NCBI GenBank assembly: GCA_964648215.1
Contig: CAZYMF010000004.1
Coordinates: 7,827-71,826, forward strand
DNA: 64,000 nt
From: an uncultured Candidatus Binatia bacterium
GTDB lineage: Bacteria; Desulfobacterota; Binatia; HRBIN30; JACQVA1
Reading direction: 5' to 3'
Positions within the stretch are counted from its first letter, which is position 1. Each line of letters opens with the position of its first letter. This document shows, piece after piece, positions 41,223-50,805 of the stretch. The notes beneath the pieces are model-generated. The model saw nothing but the letters and a program-made list of their open reading frames with translations. It searched no databases and was not told where the DNA came from. The position numbers and the translations under genes are program-made.

Positions 41223-42968
41223 ATGAGCGAATCCGGAGCCTCGTGTGCTGCCGAGCGGCAGGGCGGTCCCCCCGGCTCGCCGACCGCCACGCAGACCGCC
41301 TTCCTCGGTGTGAGATCCCAGTGGACGGAGGAGGAGCTGGCCGCTCTCGCCGAGATCGGCTCGGTGCTCTCCGGGCAGGTGGCGGAGGTGGGCCGTGCCT
41401 GGACCGAAACGGTGGTGGATGCGGCGGCGGCTCACGGGTATCGCGGCCTGTCCGCCGAAGCCCTGATCCAGGTCCACAGCTGGCTTCTCGAAGGGCTCTT
41501 GGTGGGTTTGCGGTCGGGGAAGCTGGACGAAATCTTTCAGGCCACGCTGGACTACAACCTCGCCTTGCTCCGTTCGCAATCCGATCCCGCCCTCCGCTCA
41601 AAGCTCGACCAGCTCTACCAGTCGCTGGAGGCGTGTGCATCGCTCATCCTCGAGCGGGTGCGCGTGCTGTGCGCCGACAACCCCCGGCTGCCGCTGATGC
41701 TGTCGGCGTACAGCAAGGTCGCCTTGCAGTTTGCCAGCATCCTCGGGCAGGCCTTCTATCAGGTGCGCTCCGCGGAGCTGAGCGAGGCGCTGCGGGTCAG
41801 CGCGTCGATGCTGGAAACCTCGCGCGAGCTCAACACGCGCGCGGCCTCGCTCGACGGCGTCCTGCTGCACCTGACGCAGGTCGTCGATCGGCTCATCCGC
41901 GCCGAGAGCAATCTCACCCTGCACTGGGACGCAAACGGCGGCTCGTACGTCGTGCACTCGGGCCGCGGCTTCTCGCCCACCGAGCTGCAGCGCCTGCGAA
42001 GCTGCAGGTTTGGCCCCGAGGTGCTCGGGTTGGCGCCCGGGGCGTCCGCGGCCGGGATCGTCGGCAGCGCCGGCGGCAAGCTGGGAGAGCTGCTCGCTGC
42101 CGGCCGCGCCCGCTGCGCCGCGGTCGCTCCGCTGGCCGGTTCGGATGGCTCTCCGCTCGGCGCGCTCGCGATCTTCGGCCGCGACAAGGGCCATTGGTCC
42201 TCGAGCGAGCTGCGCATCTTGCGCGGCGTGGCCCAGAACGGCGCCCTGGCGCTGGAGAACGCCTCGTTGCTGACGCAGCTGGGGCGCCAGGCGCAGCTGC
42301 GCGAGCAGGCGGCCGGCGCCGCCCGTGACGCCGAGCGCCTGCGACTCGGTCGCGAGCTGCACGACAGCGTTCTGCAAGACCTCGGGGCGGTCAAGCTCGG
42401 TCTGGAGTCGGCGCTCAAGCGGGGCTCGGTGGACGCGCTGCCTGCGGTGATCGACGCCGTCATCACGACCATGCAAGAGGTCCGACGGGTGGTCGACGAC
42501 CTGCGCCCGGCGGATCTGAGCGCGGCCAGCCTGCGCGACGCCATTGCCGGATACGCGCAGGTGATCGAGAACGGGCACGACATCGCCTGCGACGTGGACT
42601 TGTCCGCGGAGGTCGAGATCCCTTCCTGGGCGACGCGCGACGTCTACCGGATCGCACAAGAAGCCGTGACCAACGCCGTCCGACACGCCCAGCCGACGAC
42701 GATTCGGATCCAGCTCGTCGGCGACGGCACGAACGCCATTCTGATCGTGCGGGACGACGGGTCGGGCTTCTCCCTCGACGACGCCGTGCTCGGCGGCGGC
42801 CTGGTCGGGATGCGCGAGCGCTCGATGGCCATCGGGGCGACGCTCGATGTCATCACCGCCGCCGGTGCCGGCACGGTGGTGCGGCTCGCGATGCCATCCA
42901 CCACAGCCCAGACCCTCGGCCCCATGGCGGCCGCCACCGGCCGGGGGAGCCCGCCGCCGTCCCCGTAA
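41223..42968 (+). CDS. Cytoplasmic sensor histidine kinase (unknown N-terminal sensor + GAF + HisKA_3 + HATPase_c)
   Basis: GAF-like region (GALAIFGRDKGHWSSSELRILRGVAQNGALALENA), then ERLRLGRELHDSVLQDL (HisKA_3 H-box), VTNAVRHA, DDGSGF, GLVGMRER. No adjacent response regulator. Confidence 0.85.
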   Translation: MSESGASCAAERQGGPPGSPTATQTAFLGVRSQWTEEELAALAEIGSVLSGQVAEVGRAWTETVVDAAAAHGYRGLSAEALIQVHSWLLEGLLVGLRSGKLDEIFQATLDYNLALLRSQSDPALRSKLDQLYQSLEACASLILERVRVLCADNPRLPLMLSAYSKVALQFASILGQAFYQVRSAELSEALRVSASMLETSRELNTRAASLDGVLLHLTQVVDRLIRAESNLTLHWDANGGSYVVHSGRGFSPTELQRLRSCRFGPEVLGLAPGASAAGIVGSAGGKLGELLAAGRARCAAVAPLAGSDGSPLGALAIFGRDKGHWSSSELRILRGVAQNGALALENASLLTQLGRQAQLREQAAGAARDAERLRLGRELHDSVLQDLGAVKLGLESALKRGSVDALPAVIDAVITTMQEVRRVVDDLRPADLSAASLRDAIAGYAQVIENGHDIACDVDLSAEVEIPSWATRDVYRIAQEAVTNAVRHAQPTTIRIQLVGDGTNAILIVRDDGSGFSLDDAVLGGGLVGMRERSMAIGATLDVITAAGAGTVVRLAMPSTTAQTLGPMAAATGRGSPPPSP

Positions 42969-43041
42969 AGCCGTCCAGCGCGACCCTCGCTTCGTTCGCC
43001 GCGGCTTGCCACGGTGGCGTCCCGCTGCTCTAGTTGCGCTC

Positions 43042-43989
43042 ATGGCGAAGCCCCGTATCGGCGTGGCGCTCGGCAGCGGCTCGGCGCGCGGCTGGGCGCA
43101 CATCGGCGTGCTGCGCGCTCTCGAGCAGATGCGTCTGGCCCCCGACATCGTCTGCGGTACGTCGATCGGGGCTCTCGTGGGGGGAGCGTACGTGGCCGGC
43201 CAGCTCGACGAGCTCGAGCGCTGGGCGCGCTCGATCACCTTGCTCGACATCGTCGGCCTGATGGACGTGACGCTCACGCGCGGAGGAGTCATCGAGGGCA
43301 ACAAACTCTTCCGCAGTCTGCGCAATACCCCGGCGGACGTCGCGATCGAAAAGCTGAGGAAGCCTTTTGCCGCCGTCGCCACCGACTTCGCCACCGGTCG
43401 CGAGATCTGGCTGCAGAAGGGGGCCTTGCTCGACGCGGTGCGGGCCTCCATCTCGCTGCCCGGTCTGCTGTCGCCGGTGCAAGACGGCAACCACTGGCTC
43501 GTCGACGGCGGCCTGGTCAACCCGGTGCCAGTGTCGGTTTGCCGCGCCTTGGGAGCGGACATCGTGATCGCGGTGAACCTCAACGGTGATATCGTCGGAC
43601 GCAACGTCGCCCCGCGGCGGGCCAAGCGCCAAAGCCGCAAGCCCCGGCGCAAGGCCGAGGTGGGCAAGTTGTCGGCGCGGCTGCGGCAACAATTTCGCGG
43701 CACGACCAGCCTGCTCGCCGCCCAGATTCTCTCCGCCAAGCACGAGAGCCCAGGGTTCTTCGAGGTCCTGGCCGGCGCCATCTACATCATGCAGGACCGC
43801 ATCACCCGCAGCCGCATGGCCGGCGATCCGGCCGACATCGTCCTGACGCCGCGGTTGGGTCACATTCGCCTGTTCGATTTCGATCACGGCGAGGAGGTGA
43901 TTGCCGAGGGGCAGGCCTGTGCGGCGGCGGCCGAGCCGGCACTGCGGGCATTGCTCCCACTCGGCGGCGACACGGGCGGCGCCACCTGA
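43042..43989 (+). CDS. Patatin-like phospholipase
   Basis: ATG 43042. GVALGSGSARGWAHIGVL (oxyanion GxGxxG type), GTSIGALVG (GxSxG), LVDGGLVNPVP (DGG). Confidence 0.9.
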   Translation: MAKPRIGVALGSGSARGWAHIGVLRALEQMRLAPDIVCGTSIGALVGGAYVAGQLDELERWARSITLLDIVGLMDVTLTRGGVIEGNKLFRSLRNTPADVAIEKLRKPFAAVATDFATGREIWLQKGALLDAVRASISLPGLLSPVQDGNHWLVDGGLVNPVPVSVCRALGADIVIAVNLNGDIVGRNVAPRRAKRQSRKPRRKAEVGKLSARLRQQFRGTTSLLAAQILSAKHESPGFFEVLAGAIYIMQDRITRSRMAGDPADIVLTPRLGHIRLFDFDHGEEVIAEGQACAAAAEPALRALLPLGGDTGGAT

Positions 43990-44083
43990 GTCCGCCGCCG
44001 CGTTTTGGCGGTCGTGCTTCGCGAATTGACGCTCGGCGCCAAAATGCGCCTGCATGTGAGGTGGCATAGGAGCCGGATTGTTG

Positions 44084-45469
44084 ATGCTTGCCGTGTCACC
44101 GCCTGCGGCACCGAGCTTGCTGGTGGGGGTGCTCGTGCCCATCGGACAGGTCGTCATAGGCCCCGGCGATGATCTGCCGCGGAGCAGAGCCTTTCTTCTC
44201 CTGCGCTACACGCTGATCCTCGCCACGGCCTATTTGTTGTTGGTGGAGGAAGGATTCCACTTGCCCCCGACGGGAGTCAGCTTGCTGCTGGCCGGGGCCC
44301 TGGCGTCCAACCTCGTCCTGACCGCGTTGCACCCCCGTGTGGCGCGTTGGCCCTATCTGGACACCTGCATCGTCCTTGGGGACACGATCTGGATCACGCT
44401 GGCACTGGTCTGGAGCGGGAAGTTCAACGCCGATTTCTTCTTCCTCTACTTCTTCGTCGTTCTCCTGGCGGCCATCGGGGAGAACCTCGGCTTGATAGCG
44501 ATCGGCGCCGTGCTCGTCTGCGCGGCCTACGTATATCTGCTGACGGTGACGGGACGGAACTGGTCCCTGTGGAGCTCGCCCTCGCTGATCCGCATTCCAT
44601 TCCTGTTCACGGCGGCGGCCTTCTACGGCTATCTGGTGGACGAGACGCGCCGGCAACGACGCAAGGCGGACGAGGCCGACCGCATCAAGTCGGAGTTCCT
44701 CGGCACCATCTCCCACGAGCTGCGTACGCCGCTCAACGTCATGCTCGGTTACCTCGACCTCTTGCTCGATCACACCTTCGGCTCGCTCCACGCCGAGCAG
44801 GAGCAGGTCCTGCGGCAGGTTCGGCATGCGGGCGGGACGCTCCACGCGTTCATCGGTGGCCTGCTCGACGTCAGTCGCATGGTCAATCGCCTCGAGTCCG
44901 GCCAGGAGCGAGTGGAATGCCGCGAAGTCGACTTGGTGGAGCTCTTCGGCGATCTGAGGGCGGAGTTTCCCTCGAGCCTGACGACGCCCGTGGAATGGCG
45001 CCTGGCTGCGGGCTTGCCGAATCTCTATACCGATCGCGACAAGCTCGCCACGATTCTGCGCAATCTGGTGCAGAACGCCATCAAGTATACCCCGCAGGGA
45101 TCGGTGACGGTGGAGGGGGATCGGTGCGAGGGGAGCGACGGCCTCGAGATCCGTGTGGTCGATACCGGCGTGGGAATCCCCCGCGAGGAGCTGCCGCACA
45201 TCTTCGACAAGTTCCGGCGTGCCGCGACCAACTCGACCCAGAACCTGGTCTCGGGTGTGGGGCTCGGCCTCTACATCGTCCAGCAGTTCGTCGAGCTGCT
45301 CGGTGCCAAGATCCAGGTGACCTCGACGGTCGGCAGCGGATCGACGTTCAGCGTGCAGCTACCGCGCCGGTTCGGCCAGCCGATCGGCACGACGCGAAAG
45401 GACAGGCGGAGCGCGACGACCAGTGCCCACGGCACCGCGGCGGCATTCCGGCCCGCCGTCTCGCCGTGA
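44084..45469 (+). CDS. Membrane sensor histidine kinase (HisKA + HATPase_c)
   Basis: Five to six N-terminal TM segments, FLGTISHELRTPLN H-box, NLVQNAIKYT, DTGVGI, GVGLGLYIV. An in-frame TTG at 44078 is an alternative start. Confidence 0.85.
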   Translation: MLAVSPPAAPSLLVGVLVPIGQVVIGPGDDLPRSRAFLLLRYTLILATAYLLLVEEGFHLPPTGVSLLLAGALASNLVLTALHPRVARWPYLDTCIVLGDTIWITLALVWSGKFNADFFFLYFFVVLLAAIGENLGLIAIGAVLVCAAYVYLLTVTGRNWSLWSSPSLIRIPFLFTAAAFYGYLVDETRRQRRKADEADRIKSEFLGTISHELRTPLNVMLGYLDLLLDHTFGSLHAEQEQVLRQVRHAGGTLHAFIGGLLDVSRMVNRLESGQERVECREVDLVELFGDLRAEFPSSLTTPVEWRLAAGLPNLYTDRDKLATILRNLVQNAIKYTPQGSVTVEGDRCEGSDGLEIRVVDTGVGIPREELPHIFDKFRRAATNSTQNLVSGVGLGLYIVQQFVELLGAKIQVTSTVGSGSTFSVQLPRRFGQPIGTTRKDRRSATTSAHGTAAAFRPAVSP

Positions 45470-45485
45470 ACCCCAGCACCCGCTC

Positions 45486-46286
45486 TCACTCGGGGTCGCT
45501 GAATCGCGGGTCGCGTTTCTGCAGATTGGCCTGAACCGCTTCGACCTGATTGGCCGTGCCGATCAGGCCGCGCTGCAACGACTCCTCCAGACGCAGGCCT
45601 TCTTCGACGCCGACCACGCCCGCCCGGTTGAGCAGCTCCTTGGCGGCGCGGACGGCATCAGGCGACTTGCCGGCAATCTCGCGGGCCAGCGCGAGCGCGT
45701 CCTCCAGGGGATGGTCGCTGACGCGCGTGGCCAGCCCCAGCGTCGCCGCCTCGCTGCCCGAGAAGATGCGGCCGGTGAACGTGAGCTCCTTGGCAACGTC
45801 GAGACGCACCAAGCGGCGCAGGGTCTGGGTGCCGCTCATGTCGGGGATCAGGCCCCACTTGATCTCCATGACCGAGAGCCGCGCGTCGGCGCTGACGTAG
45901 CGGATGTCGGCCCCGAGCGCGATCTGCAGACCGCCGCCGAAGGCGACGCCGTGAACGGCGGCGATGACCGGAACCGGCAGCTCGGCCCACACCCAGGCGG
46001 CCTGCTGCGCATAGTTGGCGGGGCCGTCGCCGCGGTCGAGCAGGTTGCGCGCGGGGCGCTCGCTGCCGGCCATGGCCATGAAGCTGGCGAAGTCGAGGCC
46101 GGCGCAGAACGCCCGCCCCTCGCCCGAGAGCACGACGGCGCGCAGCGAGCGGTCGTCGGCAAGCGCTCTGGCGGTTGCCACGATGCCCTCGAACATCGCG
46201 GCATCGAGGGCGTTCATCTTCTCCGGACGATTGAGGCGAACATCGGCGACGCCGTCCTGCTTCGATACTTTCACTCGCTCGGACAT
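45486..46286 (-). CDS. Enoyl-CoA hydratase/isomerase (crotonase) family protein
   Basis: LNRPEKMNALD, AVVLSGEGRAFCAGLDF, IAAVHGVAFGGGLQIAL. Confidence 0.9.
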   Translation of the reverse strand: MSERVKVSKQDGVADVRLNRPEKMNALDAAMFEGIVATARALADDRSLRAVVLSGEGRAFCAGLDFASFMAMAGSERPARNLLDRGDGPANYAQQAAWVWAELPVPVIAAVHGVAFGGGLQIALGADIRYVSADARLSVMEIKWGLIPDMSGTQTLRRLVRLDVAKELTFTGRIFSGSEAATLGLATRVSDHPLEDALALAREIAGKSPDAVRAAKELLNRAGVVGVEEGLRLEESLQRGLIGTANQVEAVQANLQKRDPRFSDPE

Positions 46287-46327
46287 GGACCTCTCCCTTC
46301 TCGAAGGTGCTTTGCTCGGGACTCTCG

Positions 46328-47194
46328 CTACCGGCGACGGGCCGTGACCAGCCAGGTGGCGGAAGCCATGCGGATGCCTTCCGGGGTTTGAAACCGCTGC
46401 AAGGCTTCGCGCACCGACACGGCTACCTTGGCGCGTTGCTCGGGGGCGGCCTCGCGCAGGAGCGCGCCGAGCGGTCCCATCCGGGCGACGAAGTCCACCG
46501 CCTGCGCCAGGTCGGCTCCGCCGGCGACCGCGATCGTCTCGTCGTGGCTCTCGATCGCGACGTCGTCGAATCCGGCGGCAATGAGGATATCGTGGACACG
46601 GTCACGATCGGCGAAGGCGAACGGCCCCGGCGCACCGGGGGCGGGAAGCGGCGGCGGGGGCATGTGCTGCAGCGCGGCGCCGAGGGGGACCGTCATCCAC
46701 GGATTGTCCGGCAACGCGCGCCAGCAGATGAACGCCAGCCGTCCCCCCGGGCGCAGCGCCGCGTGCAGGTTGCGGAAGGCTTCTTCGGGCTGGGCGAAGA
46801 ACATGATGCCGAAGCGCGAGAACAGGACATCGAACGAGCCGGGCGCGAAGCGATGGGTTTGGGCGTCGGCGTTGGTGCACTCGACGTGGGCGAGGCCGGC
46901 GTCACGCGCCGTCGCCCGTGCCCGTTCGATCATGACGGTCGAGACGTCGACGCCGGTTACCGATCCCGTGGGGCCGACGCGACGGGCCAGCTCGACGGTC
47001 GTCGAGCCGCAGCCGCAGCCCACGTCGAGCACCCGCTCTCCGCCGCGCACGGCGGCCCTGTCGATGGCGCGCAGCCCGAGGGGTGTGATCTGGGCGTCGA
47101 TGAGGCGATAGAGCCCCACCCACTTGGGTCCGGCGAGCTCGTTCCAGTACTGGATCTGCTGCGCGTTGGGACCGTCGTACTCGATTCCTGCCAT
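46328..47194 (-). CDS. Class I SAM-dependent methyltransferase
   Basis: I prefer ATG 47194 (MAGIEYD; GAGAGGAAAC upstream). VLDVGCGCGSTTVELARRVG, FDVLFSRFGIMFF, LRPGGRLAF. Confidence 0.85.
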   Translation of the reverse strand: MAGIEYDGPNAQQIQYWNELAGPKWVGLYRLIDAQITPLGLRAIDRAAVRGGERVLDVGCGCGSTTVELARRVGPTGSVTGVDVSTVMIERARATARDAGLAHVECTNADAQTHRFAPGSFDVLFSRFGIMFFAQPEEAFRNLHAALRPGGRLAFICWRALPDNPWMTVPLGAALQHMPPPPLPAPGAPGPFAFADRDRVHDILIAAGFDDVAIESHDETIAVAGGADLAQAVDFVARMGPLGALLREAAPEQRAKVAVSVREALQRFQTPEGIRMASATWLVTARRR

Positions 47195-47318
47195 CGTTTC
47201 CTCTCGTGCGTGCTTTGTAGCGGCTCTTCGCCTGCGGGTCGAACTCTGGCTTGCCACAGTCGCCTGTCAGCCTCGGGTGGGGGAGGATCTCGCCGGTGAT
47301 GGCAGCATTGCCAGCGGC

Positions 47319-48278
47319 TCACTCGACGACGTGGATGGGGTGGCCGGCAAGGAAAGCGCGTACGTTGTCCACCGTCGTCGCCATCAAGCGCCGGCGGGCG
47401 GCGAGGCTGCCCCAGGCCATGTGCGGTGTGATGATGCAGTTGGCCGCGCCGGCAAGGGGGTTGTCCGCTCGCATCGGCTCGACGGAGACGACGTCCACGG
47501 CGGCGCCGGCCAGCCGGCGGGCGTTCAGCGCGGCGGCGAGGGCGTGCTCGTCGACCAGCCCGCCGCGAGCGGTGTTGATCAGGAAGGCGCTCGGCTTCAT
47601 GCGGGCGAGCAAGGCGGCGTTGACGAAGCTCCGGTTCTCGGGAGTCAGCGGGCAGTGCAAGCTGACCACGTCGGCCTGGGCGAACAGCTCCTCCACGCTT
47701 TCCTGCCAGGCGAAGGGCGCGTAGGCCGGCGGCAGGCGGCGCGCCCCGCCGCTGGCGACGACGCTCATGCCGAAGGTATGGGCCAGCTCGCCGACGCGGC
47801 GGCCGATGCGACCGAAACCGACGAGCCCCATGGTGCGGCCGGCGAGCTCGATGGGCGAGTCGTGCCAGAAGCAGAAGTCCGGTGCCCGGCTCCACTCGCC
47901 GGCGTGCACCGCGGCATCGTGGTGACCGACCTGGTGACAGAGCTCGAGCAGGAGGGCGAAGACGTGCTGCGCCACGGAGTCGGTGCCGTACTCGGGCACG
48001 TTGGCGACCGGGATGCCGCGCTCGCGCGCCGCCGCGACGTCGACGATGTTGTAGCCGGTCGCCAGCACGGCGATGAAACGCAGCTGGGGAAGCTGGCGCA
48101 ACGTGGCGGCGGTGAGCGGCGTCTTGTTGGTGAGCAACACGTCGGCGGGCCGTGCTCGCTCGACGATGCGGTCCGGTGGTGTCCGCTCGTACACCGTCAG
48201 GCGGCCGAGCTGCTCGAGCGCGTCCCAGGGATTGTCGCCCGGGTTCAGCGTGTGCCCGTCGAGAACGACGATGTTCAT
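47319..48278 (-). CDS. D-isomer specific 2-hydroxyacid dehydrogenase (glycerate dehydrogenase-like)
   Basis: ATG 48278 (MNIVVLDG). GLVGFGRIGRRVG NAD fold, FLINTARGGLVDE, DVVSVEP, ITPHMAW. The rest of the 597-aa track ORF is an upstream extension. Confidence 0.9.
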   Translation of the reverse strand: MNIVVLDGHTLNPGDNPWDALEQLGRLTVYERTPPDRIVERARPADVLLTNKTPLTAATLRQLPQLRFIAVLATGYNIVDVAAARERGIPVANVPEYGTDSVAQHVFALLLELCHQVGHHDAAVHAGEWSRAPDFCFWHDSPIELAGRTMGLVGFGRIGRRVGELAHTFGMSVVASGGARRLPPAYAPFAWQESVEELFAQADVVSLHCPLTPENRSFVNAALLARMKPSAFLINTARGGLVDEHALAAALNARRLAGAAVDVVSVEPMRADNPLAGAANCIITPHMAWGSLAARRRLMATTVDNVRAFLAGHPIHVVE

Positions 48279-49093
48279 CGCAGGGAGGGGCGGAGCTGGC
48301 TGCAGATGATCTCGGCGGCGCGCTGGAAGGCGTCGGCGTCGGGGTAGCGCCAGGCGTGAATCACTCGCGTCACGCCGATCTCGCGCAGCGAGTGCAGCTG
48401 CGCCATCGCCCGGGGCGGGTCGTTGAGCGGGAGCCGGGCGATCACCACCACCTCGGGCATCGAGCGCCCCGCCTGCTCGGCGGCCTCGCTCAGCTGGGCG
48501 ATCCGCGGCACCAGACCTTCCGGGTCGGCGCCGGTGAGGATCCAGCCGTCGCCGAAGCGCACCGTGCGCCGCAGGGCGTACGGCGGCGCACCGCCGACGA
48601 AGATCGGCGGGCGCGGCGGACGCGGCAAGAAGAGGAAGCGCTGCCCGTTGCTCTCGACCTCGTCCGCGGCGAAACAGCGATGGAGAAACTCCAGCGTGGC
48701 ATCGGTGACCTTGCCGCGCTGCGAGCGCAGCGCGCCGATGGCGCGAAACTCCGCGTCCATCCAGCCGACGCCGACGCCGAGGAGCAGGCGGCCGCCGGAC
48801 AGCTCTTGAATGGTGGCGATCCACTTGGCCGTTGCCAGGGACGGGCGGTAGGGGAGAACCAGCACGCCCGTGCCCAGGCCGATGTGGCTGGTCGCGCCCG
48901 CCAGAAAGGCGAGCGTCGCCAGCGGATCGAGATAGCGCCCGCCCGAGCCCTCGGCGTCGTCCGGCGGTATGGCGACGTGATCGGCAACCCACAGGTCGTC
49001 GATCCCCGCCGCCTCGGCGCCGCGGGCACACGCGACGACGGTGGCGCGCGTCGACTGCGGCCCCATGTTGCGCAGGTACATGCCGAGCTTCAT
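48275..49093 (-). CDS. LLM-class (luciferase-like) flavin/F420-dependent oxidoreductase
   Basis: ATG 49093 (MKLGMYL). AEAAGIDDLWVADH, LGTGVLVLPYR, SGGRLLLGVGVGW. Its stop overlaps the next start (ATGA). Confidence 0.8.
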   Translation of the reverse strand: MKLGMYLRNMGPQSTRATVVACARGAEAAGIDDLWVADHVAIPPDDAEGSGGRYLDPLATLAFLAGATSHIGLGTGVLVLPYRPSLATAKWIATIQELSGGRLLLGVGVGWMDAEFRAIGALRSQRGKVTDATLEFLHRCFAADEVESNGQRFLFLPRPPRPPIFVGGAPPYALRRTVRFGDGWILTGADPEGLVPRIAQLSEAAEQAGRSMPEVVVIARLPLNDPPRAMAQLHSLREIGVTRVIHAWRYPDADAFQRAAEIICSQLRPSLR

Positions 49094-49147
49094 CGCCTCT
49101 CGCTCCCCGCATCGTCGAGTGGAGCGTCGCACCGGGATGCTCTCACG

Positions 49148-49570
49148 CTAGCGCCCCACCTCGACCCAGCCGACCACCTCGACCGAGGTCTCGAAGTGGC
49201 CGTCCTGTCGGTCCGGCAATGGAGGGTCGGGACGATAGGTGAAGTTGACGCTGACCTCGGGAGGGATCTCGTTGTAGACGGTGTGATACGCGACCCGCCC
49301 CGGGTTGTTGCTGCCCGGGTGTCGCTCGTCCTGCCACACCCACTGGTAACGGATCAGGAGCTTGATGTCGCGCAGGGGTGTCGCCGCGTCGTTGACGATC
49401 AGGCCGGAGACCACGCCGCCGTCGCGCACGCGCACGTCGCGAACGGCGACGACCTGTTCGGCGTGCCGTTCCGGCACGATGGTCCCGCCGCCTTCGGCCG
49501 CAGGGGCGCCGGCGGCCAGTGTGAGCAAGAGTCCCGGCAAGACCGCCAGCGTGAGACGTGCGACCCTCAT
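49148..49570 (-). CDS. Secreted hypothetical protein
   Basis: Signal peptide MRVARLTLAVLPGLLLTLAAGAPAAEG, non-shadow composition, and position at the head of a minus-strand operon. No motif recognised. Confidence 0.55.
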   Translation of the reverse strand: MRVARLTLAVLPGLLLTLAAGAPAAEGGGTIVPERHAEQVVAVRDVRVRDGGVVSGLIVNDAATPLRDIKLLIRYQWVWQDERHPGSNNPGRVAYHTVYNEIPPEVSVNFTYRPDPPLPDRQDGHFETSVEVVGWVEVGR

Positions 49571-49754
49571 CCCTTCTCCTTGCGAATCCTCTCGTCGTTA
49601 CGTGCGGTGAGGTCGGTGCGTGCCCGGCCGCACCTTGTTTCTCTAGCCGCCGCGCAACCCGGCGGCAAGACGAGGAGGCCGGAAAGCCGGCGCGGCGCTT
49701 CCCTTGACTTGCGCCGGGATCGGCGCCAGGCGATGCTGGTCTCCAGGAGCGAGG

Positions 49755-50468
49755 ATGGCGAACGTCTGCGTGTTGCAGCACGTGCAAGCGGAAACTCCCG
49801 GCCTCATCGACGAGGCCCTGCAAGCGGCTGGCGTGGGCGTTCGTTCGGTGCAGGTCTTCCGCCCGCAGCCGGTGCCGGCAGCCCTGGACGACGCCGGCGG
49901 CTTGATCGTGATGGGCGGGCCGATGGGTGTCTACGAGCAGGCGCGCTATCCCTTCTTGGCGGACGAGATGCGTCTGATCGAGCGCGCGTTGCGCGCCGAC
50001 AAGCCGGTGCTCGGTGTCTGCCTCGGCAGCCAACTGCTGGCCGCGGTGCTGGGGGCGTCGGTGAACCCGGGGCCGCGCAAGGAGATCGGCTGGCATCGCG
50101 TCACCCTGGCGCCGCCGGCGGCATCGGACCCCTTGTGGATGGGGATGCCGAGCTCCTTCACCGCCTACCACTGGCACGGCGACGTCTTCGAGCTTCCTCG
50201 CGGCGCCACGGCTCTGGCTGCCTCGGAGCTGACGGCGTGTCAGGCGTTTCGTCACGGTCGCTCCGCGTACGGGCTGCTGTTCCACCTGGAAGTCACCGAA
50301 TCCATCATCGCCGCGATGGTGGCGGCCTTCGCGGACGAGTGCCGCGCCGCGGGCGTCGACGGCGCCGATATCGTACGGTCGATCCCGCATCATCTGCCGC
50401 CGTTGCAGGCCATCGGCCGCACCGTGTTCGCGCGCTGGACGGGAATGGTCGCGGGGGCGACGAGATAA
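49755..50468 (+). CDS. Class I glutamine amidotransferase-like protein
   Basis: ATG 49755. VLGVCLGSQLLA (nucleophile elbow), YHWHGDVFELP. Confidence 0.8.
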   Translation: MANVCVLQHVQAETPGLIDEALQAAGVGVRSVQVFRPQPVPAALDDAGGLIVMGGPMGVYEQARYPFLADEMRLIERALRADKPVLGVCLGSQLLAAVLGASVNPGPRKEIGWHRVTLAPPAASDPLWMGMPSSFTAYHWHGDVFELPRGATALAASELTACQAFRHGRSAYGLLFHLEVTESIIAAMVAAFADECRAAGVDGADIVRSIPHHLPPLQAIGRTVFARWTGMVAGATR

Positions 50469-50777
50469 CGGTCCCGGGCGATTCGGATCGAAAGAGCCGA
50501 GGTCCTGCGCGTCGACGGGCGCTCGCATCTCGGGCTGTGCGGCCGCCTCGGCGCGCTCGACGGCATCGTCGATCGCCAGCGTGCCGAGCGATACGCGGAT
50601 CGCGGGGCAGGATCTGGTCCTGGTGAACCCGCCCGACCGCATCTATCTGGTGACGGCGATCCCGGTGGTGAAGGAGCTCGAGAACCTGCCGCCGGCGCGC
50701 GGGAGCTTCGGCTGAGGCATGTGCGGAGATCTCCGGTGCGGGTTTCCTCCTGGCCTCGCCGGCGGCGATCGCTGCCA

Positions 50778-50805
50778 TTGCTACTTCGAATTATCATGAT
50801 AAATT
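50778..50805 (+). promoter_or_regulatory. Candidate promoter in a short AT-rich patch upstream of the AAA ATPase gene
   Basis: TTGCTA (50778-50783), 16-nt spacer, TAAATT (50800-50805). This would put a transcription start at about the ATG at 50813, a possibly leaderless mRNA. Pattern match only. Confidence 0.3.

Noticed and set aside
50581-50715. 45-codon ORF (GTG start) ending ...LVNPPDRIYLVTAIPVVKELENLPPARGSFG
   Set aside because: The tail looks protein-like, but there is no SD, no recognisable family, and the upstream in-frame sequence is low complexity. I treat it as a possible remnant (mentioned in a finding), not a gene.
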